64,000 nucleotides of DNA from a virus (taxonomy: Duplodnaviria; Caudoviricetes). This document shows positions 38,945 to 48,765 of the stretch, one piece after another. Below the pieces are notes generated by a model. That model was not told where the DNA came from. It saw only the letters and a program-made list of their open reading frames with translations, and did no database searches. The stretch spans positions 51,182 to 115,181 of the IMG/VR virus record IMGVR_UViG_3300014043_000503; one strand, given 5' to 3'. Made by a program: the position numbers and the translations under genes. Within the stretch, counting starts at the first letter, position 1, and every line of letters starts with the position of its first letter.

Positions 38945-39505
38945 TTACTTGAAAAACACCTTCGGCACATGCTTCAGGTCTTCATCATCCCTCCATGTGG
39001 ATTCGTTGTACCTGACACCGGGGATGGCCACGTCCATGTAGTAGAAGTCGGTCATCGCATATACCTTCCTCCTGAAGACCTTCGAGGCCACACTCTGAAG
39101 GATGGCATTGGCAATCACGGAGCATACGACTATCTTCTTGGGCGAGCACTTTTCGATGGCCACCTTCGTAATGGCCGAGAGCCTGATGGGGTTGATCGTG
39201 ACCGGCGAGAGGATGGCCAGCGTATCTATCTTCACAGGCTCTATGATGGACGTGAAATACTCGGAATCCCTGAACCAGAACGGGGCATAGCTTACCCTAC
39301 CCTTTATGGCGGACGCAAAGCCGCTGACGATGTGCCCGAAGTCCCTCACGTCGGCTGCTATGAGCGTCCTGCCGGTCGTTCCCATCCTCCTGTTCAGGCA
39401 GGACGCAAACGCAAAGCCAGCCTCATGGAGCGTATTGCATGCGGATTCACGATCCCTGACATCCCAGAAAGACAGGCCGTCATTATTCCAGCTAACCCTT
39501 ATCAT
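38945..39505 (-). CDS. Hypothetical protein, possibly a degenerate phosphoribosyltransferase fold
   Basis: LAILSPVTINP...KCSPKKIVVCSVIA resembles the UPRTase core without the DPMLATGG loop. Confidence 0.4.
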   Translation of the reverse strand: MIRVSWNNDGLSFWDVRDRESACNTLHEAGFAFASCLNRRMGTTGRTLIAADVRDFGHIVSGFASAIKGRVSYAPFWFRDSEYFTSIIEPVKIDTLAILSPVTINPIRLSAITKVAIEKCSPKKIVVCSVIANAILQSVASKVFRRKVYAMTDFYYMDVAIPGVRYNESTWRDDEDLKHVPKVFFK

Positions 39506-39669
39506 CTGTTTCTCATCTTTGAAAACATGACACGTCTTTCCTTCCTATTAGGCCCCTTGTTGACCGTTGAGGGATTGAACATGAAACCGTCCCTGCCAAG
39601 CTGCTCGCTCGTTGCTATCAGCCTTCCTCCCCTTGTGTAGAGGTTGGCGTTCTTATTTAGCTTCCCCAT
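39502..39669 (-). CDS. 55-aa hypothetical protein (not in the ORF track)
   Basis: MGKLNKNANLYTRGG...PNRKERRVMFSKMRNR*; fills the gap and has an ATGA overlap. Confidence 0.55.
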   Translation of the reverse strand: MGKLNKNANLYTRGGRLIATSEQLGRDGFMFNPSTVNKGPNRKERRVMFSKMRNR

Positions 39670-40255
39670 ACTCGATACCCTTGAACCTTATGTACCACTC
39701 AACAAAATCCTGAAGCTTGAAACCCGCTATATTGGCGATGGTTTCCAGGCGTGCTACGACGGCGTTTATGCAGGTGTCGATGCCTACGAACCTGATGCCA
39801 GAGACGAATACGAAGATAACGTCATAGAGAATCCTTGAGATATCGTCCATGAGCACCTTGTAGTTACGCTTCCTGCCTATCACGCCGCCCACCATCATTA
39901 CGCTGAAATGGTTTATCTCGTCTGCACTGGAATCCTTCAGCTTCGAGGAAGAGAACTTCTGGATGGCAATAAGGTAATAGACGGCCTCGGCGATGGATTC
40001 CTCAAACGTGCCGTACACATGCTCCAGGTATTCGCTCCTGAAATCCTCGTCCCCCATCGCATCCATACACAGGGCATCCAGGGCATCCGGGCCCTCCGCA
40101 CAGAACGAGCTGCTTTCAAACCTCATTAGGGCTTCAGATACGGTTCCGATGATCCTGATATACAGGTATTCATTGTCAACGTCCTTGAAGTCTGCTTCAA
40201 TAAGTGAGGCAAGCTTGATAGCGATCCTTTTCTTGTCAATCGTGTTAATATCCAT
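39653..40255 (-). CDS. Hypothetical helical protein (possible MazG-like remnant)
   Basis: 200 aa; VSEAL and GTFEESIAEAV segments; own promoter. Confidence 0.45.
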   Translation of the reverse strand: MDINTIDKKRIAIKLASLIEADFKDVDNEYLYIRIIGTVSEALMRFESSSFCAEGPDALDALCMDAMGDEDFRSEYLEHVYGTFEESIAEAVYYLIAIQKFSSSKLKDSSADEINHFSVMMVGGVIGRKRNYKVLMDDISRILYDVIFVFVSGIRFVGIDTCINAVVARLETIANIAGFKLQDFVEWYIRFKGIEYGEAK

Positions 40256-40338
40256 ATAAATGATTCTAAAAGGAAATTGAGTTGAATCACTTACAAGAAA
40301 ATGCTGGGATCAAGAAATACAATGAATTGAACTCGCTG

Positions 40339-40369
40339 CAAAGATAGCGAATAAAACCCAACCTGCAAA
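40339..40369 (-). promoter_or_regulatory. Bacteroidota sigma-A type promoter
   Basis: TTTG (40369-40366), 19 nt, TATCTTTG (40346-40339). Confidence 0.75.
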
Positions 40370-40540
40370 GGGGATTAACATTATTTACCGAGATTTTCTA
40401 ATCACAACATCTCCAATAGACATTACCAGCCACTAATAACTTTCCAAGACATTCACTTGCCTCTAAAAAAAGACAAGGAACCATTAGCAACCTCCAGTTG
40501 CTTGCTTGTTATTACTTATTAAGTTTTGGAAACACTGTTT

Positions 40541-41533
40541 TTATCCGTGCATCTCATTGCTTTTGGTCTTCGGTCTGTACCCTTTCTTATATCTCCAGAC
40601 ATCATCATGGACACCGTAGATGTTGCCCATCCTCCTGTAGAACTTGGAGTAGTTCTTGCCCTTTCCCAGATATACGTGGCCGCCCATATAGACATGCTTC
40701 ATCAGTCTCGGGTTCGGGACTATGAAATCCTCGTGCGTCAGTTGCTCGTGCTCGATTTCGTAGTCAAAGTCAAGAAACTTCGTGATGCTTTTTTTCGAAG
40801 TGATAAGTCCGCTTTCGATGAGGGACTTCACAAGGCGAGAGATTTGGTATCTTGATAACTTGATACCGTCGTGCCGATCCGCGATAGCCTGGTAACTGAT
40901 TCCTGCGTTCAGGTAGTCGATGCTTTCCATACCCTTCTCATTGACTCGGGAGTGCTCTTTCTTACCATATTTGCGGTTAAAGGTAACGAACATCTTCCTC
41001 CAGTTCCTGAGCTGGTGTAGGATGGATAGCTTCAGTATGACATCGTGAATGTCCCGGAACGTCTGCTTCTTGCCGTCGCTCCTGAATTGCAGGTAGCGGT
41101 CGGCGTCGCACAGGTATTCCGTCATTTGTTCCAATTTCCTTTCCTTTTCCCACTCGTCTTCTATGTCGCTGGAATAGTGCAGCCTCCTGATCAGGTCGCT
41201 GTTGTCCCTTTTCAGGAAGATTTGCGGCCCGCCTTCCTTGTGGACGATGTGGAGCATTGCGTTCTTGCGGCCACCCCTTGAGATTTTCCTTGCCCTGAGG
41301 TGGTTGCCGTCGATATACACCAGTCCTGAGGACAGTCCGTCTTCCAGAATCTCCTTGGCCTTTGCGTAGTTGCAATGGCAGGTTCTCATCAATTTCCTGA
41401 TGGAAAAGTCGTACATGACCGAGTTGGTGTAGTTCATTTTGATAATGACAGAAAGAGTAAGAGCGTTGAGGTTTCTTTCACTCTCAACGGCCTTGTTCAG
41501 ATTCGTAATTGATATGTTGACTTTTTCTGCCAT
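40541..41533 (-). CDS. DNA-binding protein with HTH/wHTH segments (regulator or replication initiator)
   Basis: Probable start MAEKVN; SIRKLMRTCHCNYAKAKEILE and ISYQAIAD...SRYQISRLVKSLIESGLI. Confidence 0.5.
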   Translation of the reverse strand: MAEKVNISITNLNKAVESERNLNALTLSVIIKMNYTNSVMYDFSIRKLMRTCHCNYAKAKEILEDGLSSGLVYIDGNHLRARKISRGGRKNAMLHIVHKEGGPQIFLKRDNSDLIRRLHYSSDIEDEWEKERKLEQMTEYLCDADRYLQFRSDGKKQTFRDIHDVILKLSILHQLRNWRKMFVTFNRKYGKKEHSRVNEKGMESIDYLNAGISYQAIADRHDGIKLSRYQISRLVKSLIESGLITSKKSITKFLDFDYEIEHEQLTHEDFIVPNPRLMKHVYMGGHVYLGKGKNYSKFYRRMGNIYGVHDDVWRYKKGYRPKTKSNEMHG

Positions 41534-41652
41534 TATTCTGTTTTTAAAAGCCAAGCCCGCCAGTCGTTTGAGGAATAATGGAAAGCAAGCGAACAGGCGG
41601 GCTTGCGTGGGAATCGGGTCTTGCAAAACCCTTTCATTCCCGAGATCCGATG

Positions 41653-41660
41653 CAAAGATA
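41653..41660 (-). promoter_or_regulatory. -7 element of leftward early promoter
   Basis: TATCTTTG, followed by a leader containing an AAGCCCGCC...GGCGGGCTT hairpin. Confidence 0.65.
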
Positions 41661-41872
41661 GGAATAATATAATAAAGTTGTATCGTTTGTTAACAATTTT
41701 TACCAACATTTTCTAAAATATTGATTTCATGTACTTTATTTATATATATAGGTATTGTTCCGTAAAATTTTTACGTCTTGTTTATCTGTCTATAAACCAG
41801 GCGGTTATGGGCGTTTAACTTATTTTACCAAAGTTTTCCACCGTTTTTTAGACGCATGATTAAAAAATTCTT

Positions 41873-41880
41873 TATCTTTG
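41873..41880 (+). promoter_or_regulatory. -7 element of rightward replication-operon promoter
   Basis: TATCTTTG-CA upstream of ATG 41920. Confidence 0.65.
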
Positions 41881-41919
41881 CAACCGAAAACAAAAAACAT
41901 TTTTTCTTATGACGTAGAT

Positions 41920-42417
41920 ATGATTAAAGGTAAGGGACGTATCCGCAAGTATGGCGGTGTCCTCCAGCAAACTGAATTGAGGGAAGCGTTGCAGAAGCTG
42001 AAGGACAATGAGGACTACGAGTTCCTGATTGTCGATTCCCAGAAGAACAACAAGATTCCCTGTACGACGTACCTATTCTCAGTGGTCTTGCCGCAGATCT
42101 CACAAGCACTGCCGGATCATCCGACCACTACCGCTCTCTACAAGTATTTTGAGGACATGTTCGCCCCTGTCCATACTTGTACAATCAACGGCCAGGAATA
42201 TGAATACTGGCAGTTAAGGGACGAAAGAGTAAGTGATGTGGATGGTGTAATTGAGAAAATCATCCAGTACGCAAGGAACAAGTGGAACATCGAGATTGTT
42301 GAGGAAGGTGAATTGAGAAGACCTGAAAACCGCGAGTTCTTTGCAGCAGCCTACAAAAATCAAGAAATTGATTGGGGCAGATTCCTCTCAGCAAGATTAA
42401 ACAAAAGCCATGAGTGA
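41920..42417 (+). CDS. Hypothetical protein, NinB-like
   Basis: YLFSVVLPQI and IEKIIQYA..WNIEI pattern; heads the recombination operon. Confidence 0.4.
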   Translation: MIKGKGRIRKYGGVLQQTELREALQKLKDNEDYEFLIVDSQKNNKIPCTTYLFSVVLPQISQALPDHPTTTALYKYFEDMFAPVHTCTINGQEYEYWQLRDERVSDVDGVIEKIIQYARNKWNIEIVEEGELRRPENREFFAAAYKNQEIDWGRFLSARLNKSHE

Positions 42418-43849
42418 GAATCTCAAAAAAGGTATCAGCCGCCTTGAAGCGCTGAGAATGACCGCCCAGACCTACAAGGGCGCGCTTGAAAAACAAAAGG
42501 AGGAATCCCAGAGAAGCAGTATTGAATACTTCAGAACGCCCGATGACGGCACGTACAATATCCGTGTGCTGCCCATCGCGCCTGTCATCAATGAGAATGG
42601 AGAGGTGGAGCCGTTGAAGCGTGTTGGCTACGACTACCCCATCCGCATCCAGTATCTGAAGATTGAGCGTCCGGCGGTGAAGGGAAAGCAGCCGAAGCCC
42701 ATTGTCGTGCCTGTGATCAACACCACGTTCAAGGGCACCGGTTTCGGTGTCGGATATCCCGTTGATATTATCGACAAGTATGTTTCCATTGCCAAGGAGA
42801 TTGCCAGCAACGAGGGTGACGAAGCCCTGCTGAAGAAGCTTGGCGAGAACTCCTATTCCGGTGGTCTGAAGTGGCAGGCCGTAAGAGCCATCTATGTGCT
42901 TGACCTTGATGACAAGCGCAAGATAAAGCTGTGGCAGCCCAGCTATTCACAGTATATGAACCTGCGTGATGCCGAGATCTCCGTATGGGAGAAGCTGAAC
43001 GCGAAGCTCCAGAAGAAGGATGAGAACGCCGAGGCCCCGTCTCCACTGTCTGACTTTGCCGAGTCATATCCCGTTGAGATCATCCGCAAGAACAACAACG
43101 GAAAGACCGAGTACCAGTTTACAATCGACACCGTAAGCGACCCGGACGAGCTTTCCGAGAAGGAGATTGACGCATTGTTTGACGCACCTCGCATTCCGGA
43201 TATTGTCTATCGCTACAGCCGACGTCAGTTTGAGGCTACGCTCGTCTTCCTGAAGCAATGCGACAAGAAGTGGGAGCTTGACGTATGCGATGACGATGAG
43301 TTCATCGAGGCCAAGAACCAGCTTGAGGCAGCACTTTCCAAGGATGACCAGTCTCACTTCGATATCAATGCCTCTACCGACAAGGATTCCGGCAAGAAGG
43401 GAGAGATTACCCTTGATTCCATGTATGCCCTGCTTGACTCCATCGAGGCACAGGATCTGGGTAAGGATTCAGAGGAATACCAGGATCTCCGCGCCCAGAT
43501 AAGCCAGTTCATCAATGACAATGAGCTTGACGTGCGCTATTCTCACAGCAAGACCAACAAGTCGCTGCTGGAGGAGATTGAGCAGGCACTTGAGGAAAAG
43601 GAGTCTGGAGCCGTTGCCAAGGAGCCTGAGAAGAAGGAAGAGAAGAAGGAGGAAAAGGAAGAAGCCCCGGCTGAGACCCCAGCTGAGGAGCCAGCAAGAA
43701 AGCGTCGCTCAAAGCCCGCTGAAGAACCTCAGCCGGAGAAGGAGCCGGAGCCGGAACCAGAGCCTGATAAGAAGGAAGAGGAGCCGGCAGAGGAACCAAA
43801 GCCGGTTGACGAGCAGCCTGTACGTCGCCGCCGTCGTAGGGCTGAATAA
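42410..43849 (+). CDS. Single-stranded DNA-binding protein (gp32-like) with long acidic/Pro tail
   Basis: YFRTPDDGTYNIRVLP; E/K/P-rich C-terminus; context. Confidence 0.55.
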   Translation: MSENLKKGISRLEALRMTAQTYKGALEKQKEESQRSSIEYFRTPDDGTYNIRVLPIAPVINENGEVEPLKRVGYDYPIRIQYLKIERPAVKGKQPKPIVVPVINTTFKGTGFGVGYPVDIIDKYVSIAKEIASNEGDEALLKKLGENSYSGGLKWQAVRAIYVLDLDDKRKIKLWQPSYSQYMNLRDAEISVWEKLNAKLQKKDENAEAPSPLSDFAESYPVEIIRKNNNGKTEYQFTIDTVSDPDELSEKEIDALFDAPRIPDIVYRYSRRQFEATLVFLKQCDKKWELDVCDDDEFIEAKNQLEAALSKDDQSHFDINASTDKDSGKKGEITLDSMYALLDSIEAQDLGKDSEEYQDLRAQISQFINDNELDVRYSHSKTNKSLLEEIEQALEEKESGAVAKEPEKKEEKKEEKEEAPAETPAEEPARKRRSKPAEEPQPEKEPEPEPEPDKKEEEPAEEPKPVDEQPVRRRRRRAE

Positions 43850-43878
43850 TCTCATTTATGTTTTTTGTTTTGATGTTA

Positions 43879-43913
43879 GGGCACGGCATGTCGTTGTGTC
43901 GTGCCCGCCTTTT
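43879..43913 (+). terminator. Terminator-like hairpin
   Basis: GGGCACGGCA...TGTCGTGCCC followed by CTTTT. Confidence 0.55.
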
Positions 43914-43927
43914 AAATACATGAGACT

Positions 43928-44980
43928 ATGGCAAAACCGTGTTTATTACTGCTTAACGACCTTCACGCTGACAAGGATAATCTTGGTGAGTTTGTCAAGA
44001 ACTGGAACGAGGCGCTTGACGTGTGCTCACAGCACGGCATCAGGGAAATGGTTATCGGGGGTGACGTGTTCACTTCCCGCGCAGCCCAGCCCCTTAGCGT
44101 GCTGAAGACCGTCAGGGATTGCTTCAGGATGGCGCATGGCACTGTCGATATCATAACCATTGCGGAGGGAAACCACGACAAGGTTGACCAGGAAGACATA
44201 TTCGGATATAATCACCTGTTTTCCGACATCGAGGGCGTGTGCGTCGTTGACATCTACGATTCCATCTTCCTGAACATCTATGATGCGGAAAGCGAGGTGG
44301 GCCTGTATGTGATGAGCTACTTCCCGGAGAACGGTTCATTCATTGAGAAATATGAGCAGATGGTGAAGGAAAGCGACATTGCGGACGATGATATCCTCTA
44401 TATCCATGAAGGTATCCACGGAGCGCTTGGCGACTTTGACATCCCATCAGAGCTTCCTAATGACATGTTCGGAATCTTCTCGAAGGTTCTTGTCGGCCAC
44501 TATCACAACCGTTGCAGGATCAAGGATACGAACATTGAGTATATCGGCTCTTCCCGTCAGCACAATTTCGGCGAGGACGAGGAAAAGGGATATACTATCC
44601 TCTATTCAGACGGCAAGACCAAGTTTGTCAAGAACAAGGTCAACACCAGATACATTACGCTGTCAGTCAATGCAACCGACATTGACGAGGGCTGGCTTAC
44701 GCAGTTGAAGGCAGACGATGAGATGCCCTACAAGGTTCGCGTCAAGGTCAGCTGTACGGATGCGCAGGCCAAGGCGTTCGACAAGCAGAGGCTCATAGAT
44801 GCCGGAGCCAACAAGGTGGAGCTTGTGACCGAGAAGCTTCAGAAGGTCACTGAGGCACCGACCACCTTGGATGAGAAGTATGACAAGGCCGGTATCGAGA
44901 GGGAGTACCTGAAGTTCTGCAGCGACCGTGACATAGACAGCGAGCTTGGAATCAAATACCTTGACAAGATACAGTCATGA
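43928..44980 (+). CDS. SbcD/Mre11-like nuclease subunit
   Basis: DLH, GGDVF, GNHD, GHYH, YIGS metallophosphoesterase motifs. Confidence 0.88.
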   Translation: MAKPCLLLLNDLHADKDNLGEFVKNWNEALDVCSQHGIREMVIGGDVFTSRAAQPLSVLKTVRDCFRMAHGTVDIITIAEGNHDKVDQEDIFGYNHLFSDIEGVCVVDIYDSIFLNIYDAESEVGLYVMSYFPENGSFIEKYEQMVKESDIADDDILYIHEGIHGALGDFDIPSELPNDMFGIFSKVLVGHYHNRCRIKDTNIEYIGSSRQHNFGEDEEKGYTILYSDGKTKFVKNKVNTRYITLSVNATDIDEGWLTQLKADDEMPYKVRVKVSCTDAQAKAFDKQRLIDAGANKVELVTEKLQKVTEAPTTLDEKYDKAGIEREYLKFCSDRDIDSELGIKYLDKIQS

Positions 44981-45141
44981 GAGAGTTCATAGCCTGCTGG
45001 AGATTCCTCCTTATCGTGGTATTGTTTGGTACAATCTACTTCAGGATCCTTGAAGGGCATTTCGACTGGGTTCTCGTCATCCTCTCAGTTGCGATGGTAA
45101 TCATCGAGATCCTGAACATATACATCGACATTAAAGATTAA
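44977..45141 (+). CDS. 54-aa two-TM protein (not in the ORF track)
   Basis: ATGA overlap; MREFIACWRFLLIVVLFGTIYFRILEGHFDWVLVILSVAMVIIEILNIYIDIKD*. Confidence 0.6.
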   Translation: MREFIACWRFLLIVVLFGTIYFRILEGHFDWVLVILSVAMVIIEILNIYIDIKD

Positions 45142-45146
45142 TCAGC

Positions 45147-47507
45147 ATGTGGAAAATCAAAAACATAAAGGCTGTCAACATCGTGTCGTTCAAGGAGCTT
45201 GACCTTGAAGTGGAACAGGGTGTTGCGACGCTTATCTTCGGCCAGAACAATGATTCTGACGGCCAGAACGCGAACGGTTCAGGCAAGTCGGCCATCATGG
45301 AGGCCATATCTATAGCTCTTACAGGTGACAGTCTGAGAAAGGTGCAGACCGATGAGATCATATCCGACTGGGCTGATGATGGCTCCGTCGGGATGAAGCT
45401 CTGCAATGACTATGACGGCAGGATGTTCATCATTGAGAGAAGGCTTCACAGGAAGGGTAGTCAGGAAGTGAGTTGCAGTATGTATGACGCCAACGGATCG
45501 GAGATCATGAAAGACCTTACCGTCCAGCCGAGCGTGCAGCATTATGACAAGTTCATACTTTCGGAGCTGGGGCTGGAGCGTGACGAGCTTTTCAACTCCT
45601 ACATACTCTGCAAGAATAAGTACAAGAGTTTTCTCGACGCCTCGGACAAGGACAAGAAGGAGCTTATCAACCGGTTCACCAACGGAAGGATTGTGGATGA
45701 GTCTATAGAGGCCCTTGAGGTTGACATAGAGTCGGCAAAGGCCGTTGTCAGCGAGAAGGAGCTTGCCGTGTCCAAGCTGAACGGCTCCATCGAGGCCGTC
45801 AACTCCCAGATGGAGGAGGCTGAGAGGAAACGTATTGACGATCAGGAAAAGCTTGCCGCCAAGATAGGTGAATGCGAGGACTACATTGTCAAGTGCCGTT
45901 CAGAGATCAGAGACCTCAATGACAGGATAGACAAGCAGAACAAGAAGCTTGATGCCATTGACAAGGTTGGTGATGAAATTGAAGCCCTTGAAAGGTCTGA
46001 GTCGAACGTCGGGGAATGCTACCAGACCATCCGCAAATGGTATGGCATATATGGCCTTGGCGAGCTGGCCGACTACGATGGGAAGTTCAAGGATTTGTCT
46101 GACGAGCTGGATTCATCACTGAAGCAGCGCATCGCCCTGAAGGACAAGCTCGCCCACGCGGAGGAGGCCGTCAGGAAGATCCAGAAGGGTTGCGACAATA
46201 CGCTGGAGGAATATACGAAAGCCTCTGAGAAGGTTAAGGAAGACGGACGCAAAGACCGTGAAGAGCTTGAGAGGATTGACGGTGTGCTTGCCGACATTAA
46301 CAAAGAGATTGTTGAGACCGAAAGGAGTATTTCGCAGGAAAACAAGAAGATAGAAGACCTTGGCGAAGAACTTGTTGAACTCAGCAACATTCTTCATGGA
46401 GCCGTGGAATGCCCCAAGTGCAAGTACAAGTTCATCATCAGCAGTGAAAAGACCGTTGACGAGATTTCCAAGGACTATGACCGTGCAAAGGCGGCAAGGG
46501 ATGAATCGCGTGCAAGGGTCGAATCCTATAAGGCTGGGATAGGCAAGCGTGAAGAGGATATCCAGAAATACAGAAACGAGCGTGCCGAGATAGGCAAGCG
46601 CAACGAGAACCGTTCGTGGTCTGTGTCGAACATCAGGCAGGCCCTTGACATGGCGAGGAAGAATCTCTCAGAAGCCAAGCTCAAGGTATCGTCCATCAAG
46701 TCTGACGAAATACTGAATCAGACCAATACGGACAGGCTGAAGAAGGAAATCCAGTCTCTCAGGCAGGTCTTGTTTGACGATGTGCTCAACAATATCGACA
46801 GTACGATGGATGCCGGGGAGAACAGCGTTTCCCTTGACATGGAGCGCGTATCGTTCCTGGAGGGGCAGATCAAGAGCCATCAGGATTTGATTAAGAGGCT
46901 GAACGAGAAGCCTGAGGACATCACTCAGCACCTCAGGGAATCACTCAGCAGGTACAAGTCCGAGCTGAAGCGTGCGACGGGCGAGTATGAGGAAGCCTTG
47001 TCTGCATATAACACGCTTGCTGTCCAGAAAGAGCATTTCCAGATGTTCAAGTCACATCTTGCCAACACCAAGATAGATGCCATTGCCCAGATGACAAACC
47101 TTTTCCTTCAGGAGATAGGTTCGGATATCAGGATAGAGCTTGAGGGCTTCAGGTTGTTGAAGTCGGGCAAGATGAGGGAGAAGATCACGACGAAGATACT
47201 GAGGGATGGTGAGGAGATAGGCAGCTTCAACAAGATGTCAGCCGGTGAGCGGACGAGGGTCTATCTCGCCAATATCCTTGCCATGCAGAAACTCTCCAAC
47301 GGAGGCTGCCAGGACGGTAAGGGCCTTGATTTCCTTGCCCTTGACGAAATCCTTGAGGCAGTTGACTATGAGGGCCTTATGAATAGCTGTCAGGCTCTGA
47401 ACACCTTGAAGGTCACGTCGCTTGTCATCACCCAGAACAGCGTACAGGAGAGCTATAAGAATACTATTATCGTGTGTAAGACCAACGGCATTTCACTAAT
47501 CAAATAA
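45147..47507 (+). CDS. SbcC/Rad50-like ATPase
   Basis: Walker A NGSGKS, coiled coil with CPKC hook, MSAGE signature, LDE Walker B. Confidence 0.9.
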   Translation: MWKIKNIKAVNIVSFKELDLEVEQGVATLIFGQNNDSDGQNANGSGKSAIMEAISIALTGDSLRKVQTDEIISDWADDGSVGMKLCNDYDGRMFIIERRLHRKGSQEVSCSMYDANGSEIMKDLTVQPSVQHYDKFILSELGLERDELFNSYILCKNKYKSFLDASDKDKKELINRFTNGRIVDESIEALEVDIESAKAVVSEKELAVSKLNGSIEAVNSQMEEAERKRIDDQEKLAAKIGECEDYIVKCRSEIRDLNDRIDKQNKKLDAIDKVGDEIEALERSESNVGECYQTIRKWYGIYGLGELADYDGKFKDLSDELDSSLKQRIALKDKLAHAEEAVRKIQKGCDNTLEEYTKASEKVKEDGRKDREELERIDGVLADINKEIVETERSISQENKKIEDLGEELVELSNILHGAVECPKCKYKFIISSEKTVDEISKDYDRAKAARDESRARVESYKAGIGKREEDIQKYRNERAEIGKRNENRSWSVSNIRQALDMARKNLSEAKLKVSSIKSDEILNQTNTDRLKKEIQSLRQVLFDDVLNNIDSTMDAGENSVSLDMERVSFLEGQIKSHQDLIKRLNEKPEDITQHLRESLSRYKSELKRATGEYEEALSAYNTLAVQKEHFQMFKSHLANTKIDAIAQMTNLFLQEIGSDIRIELEGFRLLKSGKMREKITTKILRDGEEIGSFNKMSAGERTRVYLANILAMQKLSNGGCQDGKGLDFLALDEILEAVDYEGLMNSCQALNTLKVTSLVITQNSVQESYKNTIIVCKTNGISLIK

Positions 47508-47511
47508 CATA

Positions 47512-48015
47512 ATGGCAAATCTGACAGAAGAGTTACTATCCACCTTAAAGAGATCGAATGTTCTCGCGCTTGACATTGCGGAACATACGGGTTACTTCAC
47601 GGCTGCGGACTATGGCCAGTGGTTTTTCCCACGTACCGAGGATGCGGCGAAGAAATACGGCGAAGGCTATCAGCAGCACAAGAACTTCAGGGACAGGATC
47701 AAGAAGTTCATCATCAGCAACCACATCAAGGTTGTCGTTGCTGAAGACCTGAATGTCGGCAAATCCTTTATTGCGGCAAGGAAGCTGGGAGAGTTTAGGG
47801 GCGTGCTTTATGAACTGTGCGCCACCATGAACATCCCCCTCATATTCTATAACGTCGCTGCCATTAAGAAATATGCCACCAAGAACGGTAACGCCAATAA
47901 GCAGATGATGATAGAGGCTGCTGAGAAGAGGTGGCATATAGATTGTGAGAAAAACGATAACATAGCGGACGCTGCATGTATCTACTTCATGTTCTGCGAG
48001 CGCTATAACTTATGA
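47512..48015 (+). CDS. RuvC-like Holliday junction resolvase
   Basis: LALD, VAED, IKKYATKNGNANKQMM, NIADA. Confidence 0.8.
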   Translation: MANLTEELLSTLKRSNVLALDIAEHTGYFTAADYGQWFFPRTEDAAKKYGEGYQQHKNFRDRIKKFIISNHIKVVVAEDLNVGKSFIAARKLGEFRGVLYELCATMNIPLIFYNVAAIKKYATKNGNANKQMMIEAAEKRWHIDCEKNDNIADAACIYFMFCERYNL

Positions 48016-48021
48016 ACGCTA

Positions 48022-48765
48022 ATGCAAGAAGAGAAGAGAAAGGGCGAGAAAGCCCTTCAGAGAATACTTAACCTCCATGAGCAGAACACAGCGCTTTTTG
48101 AAAAGTATGTCGTACCGAACATGGCCGACGTAAAGTCGCTGGTCAGGTATTACACGCTGAAGCCGTCGCAGTATGAGGAAAACCTCAGCATCATATTGGA
48201 AGAGCTGTACAGGTACATCAATACCTACGACACCGACAAGCCGATACTGACGTGGCTCCACATCTGCATCAAGCGCAAGTGTGCAAAGATATACCGCGAC
48301 ATGGCTGTTGAGCGTGAGCACATGAGCGGCCTGATGCTGGACGATATCAGGGAGCTTACCAACCGTAGGAGCCAGAGGCCGTTGTTGTCCGAGGGGTTCT
48401 ATGAGCTTGAGGGCGGTTCGCTGATGATGAGCATATCGGATGAGGTCTATAAGGCCCTGATGAGGTTGCCGTCGTTCCTTCTCAGCCCGCTGTTCACCCA
48501 GATGGAGGGGTATTCGATAAGGGAGATTACCGAGATGGAGCATGAGAAGGGGAACATTCCCATCTATTCCCAGAGCATCATCCAGTCGAGGATCTTCAAG
48601 GCAAAGGTTGAATTGAGAAAACTGATAAAGGAATATGGAAGAGAAGAAAAAAGAAAAGGTCAGAATACTTATAGAGAGTCTGACGAGGCTGAACCTCCCG
48701 GAATGGAGGTTCCCGATGACACCCCTGAACTCTGCACTGATAGAGAAGGGGATGGCGAAGGTTAG
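48022..48765 (+). CDS. Phage sigma70/ECF-like sigma factor
   Basis: Region-2-like LYRYINTYD..ILTWL and region-4-like ALMRLP...EGYSIREI...IQSRIFKAKVELRK. Confidence 0.75.
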   Translation: MQEEKRKGEKALQRILNLHEQNTALFEKYVVPNMADVKSLVRYYTLKPSQYEENLSIILEELYRYINTYDTDKPILTWLHICIKRKCAKIYRDMAVEREHMSGLMLDDIRELTNRRSQRPLLSEGFYELEGGSLMMSISDEVYKALMRLPSFLLSPLFTQMEGYSIREITEMEHEKGNIPIYSQSIIQSRIFKAKVELRKLIKEYGREEKRKGQNTYRESDEAEPPGMEVPDDTPELCTDREGDGEG

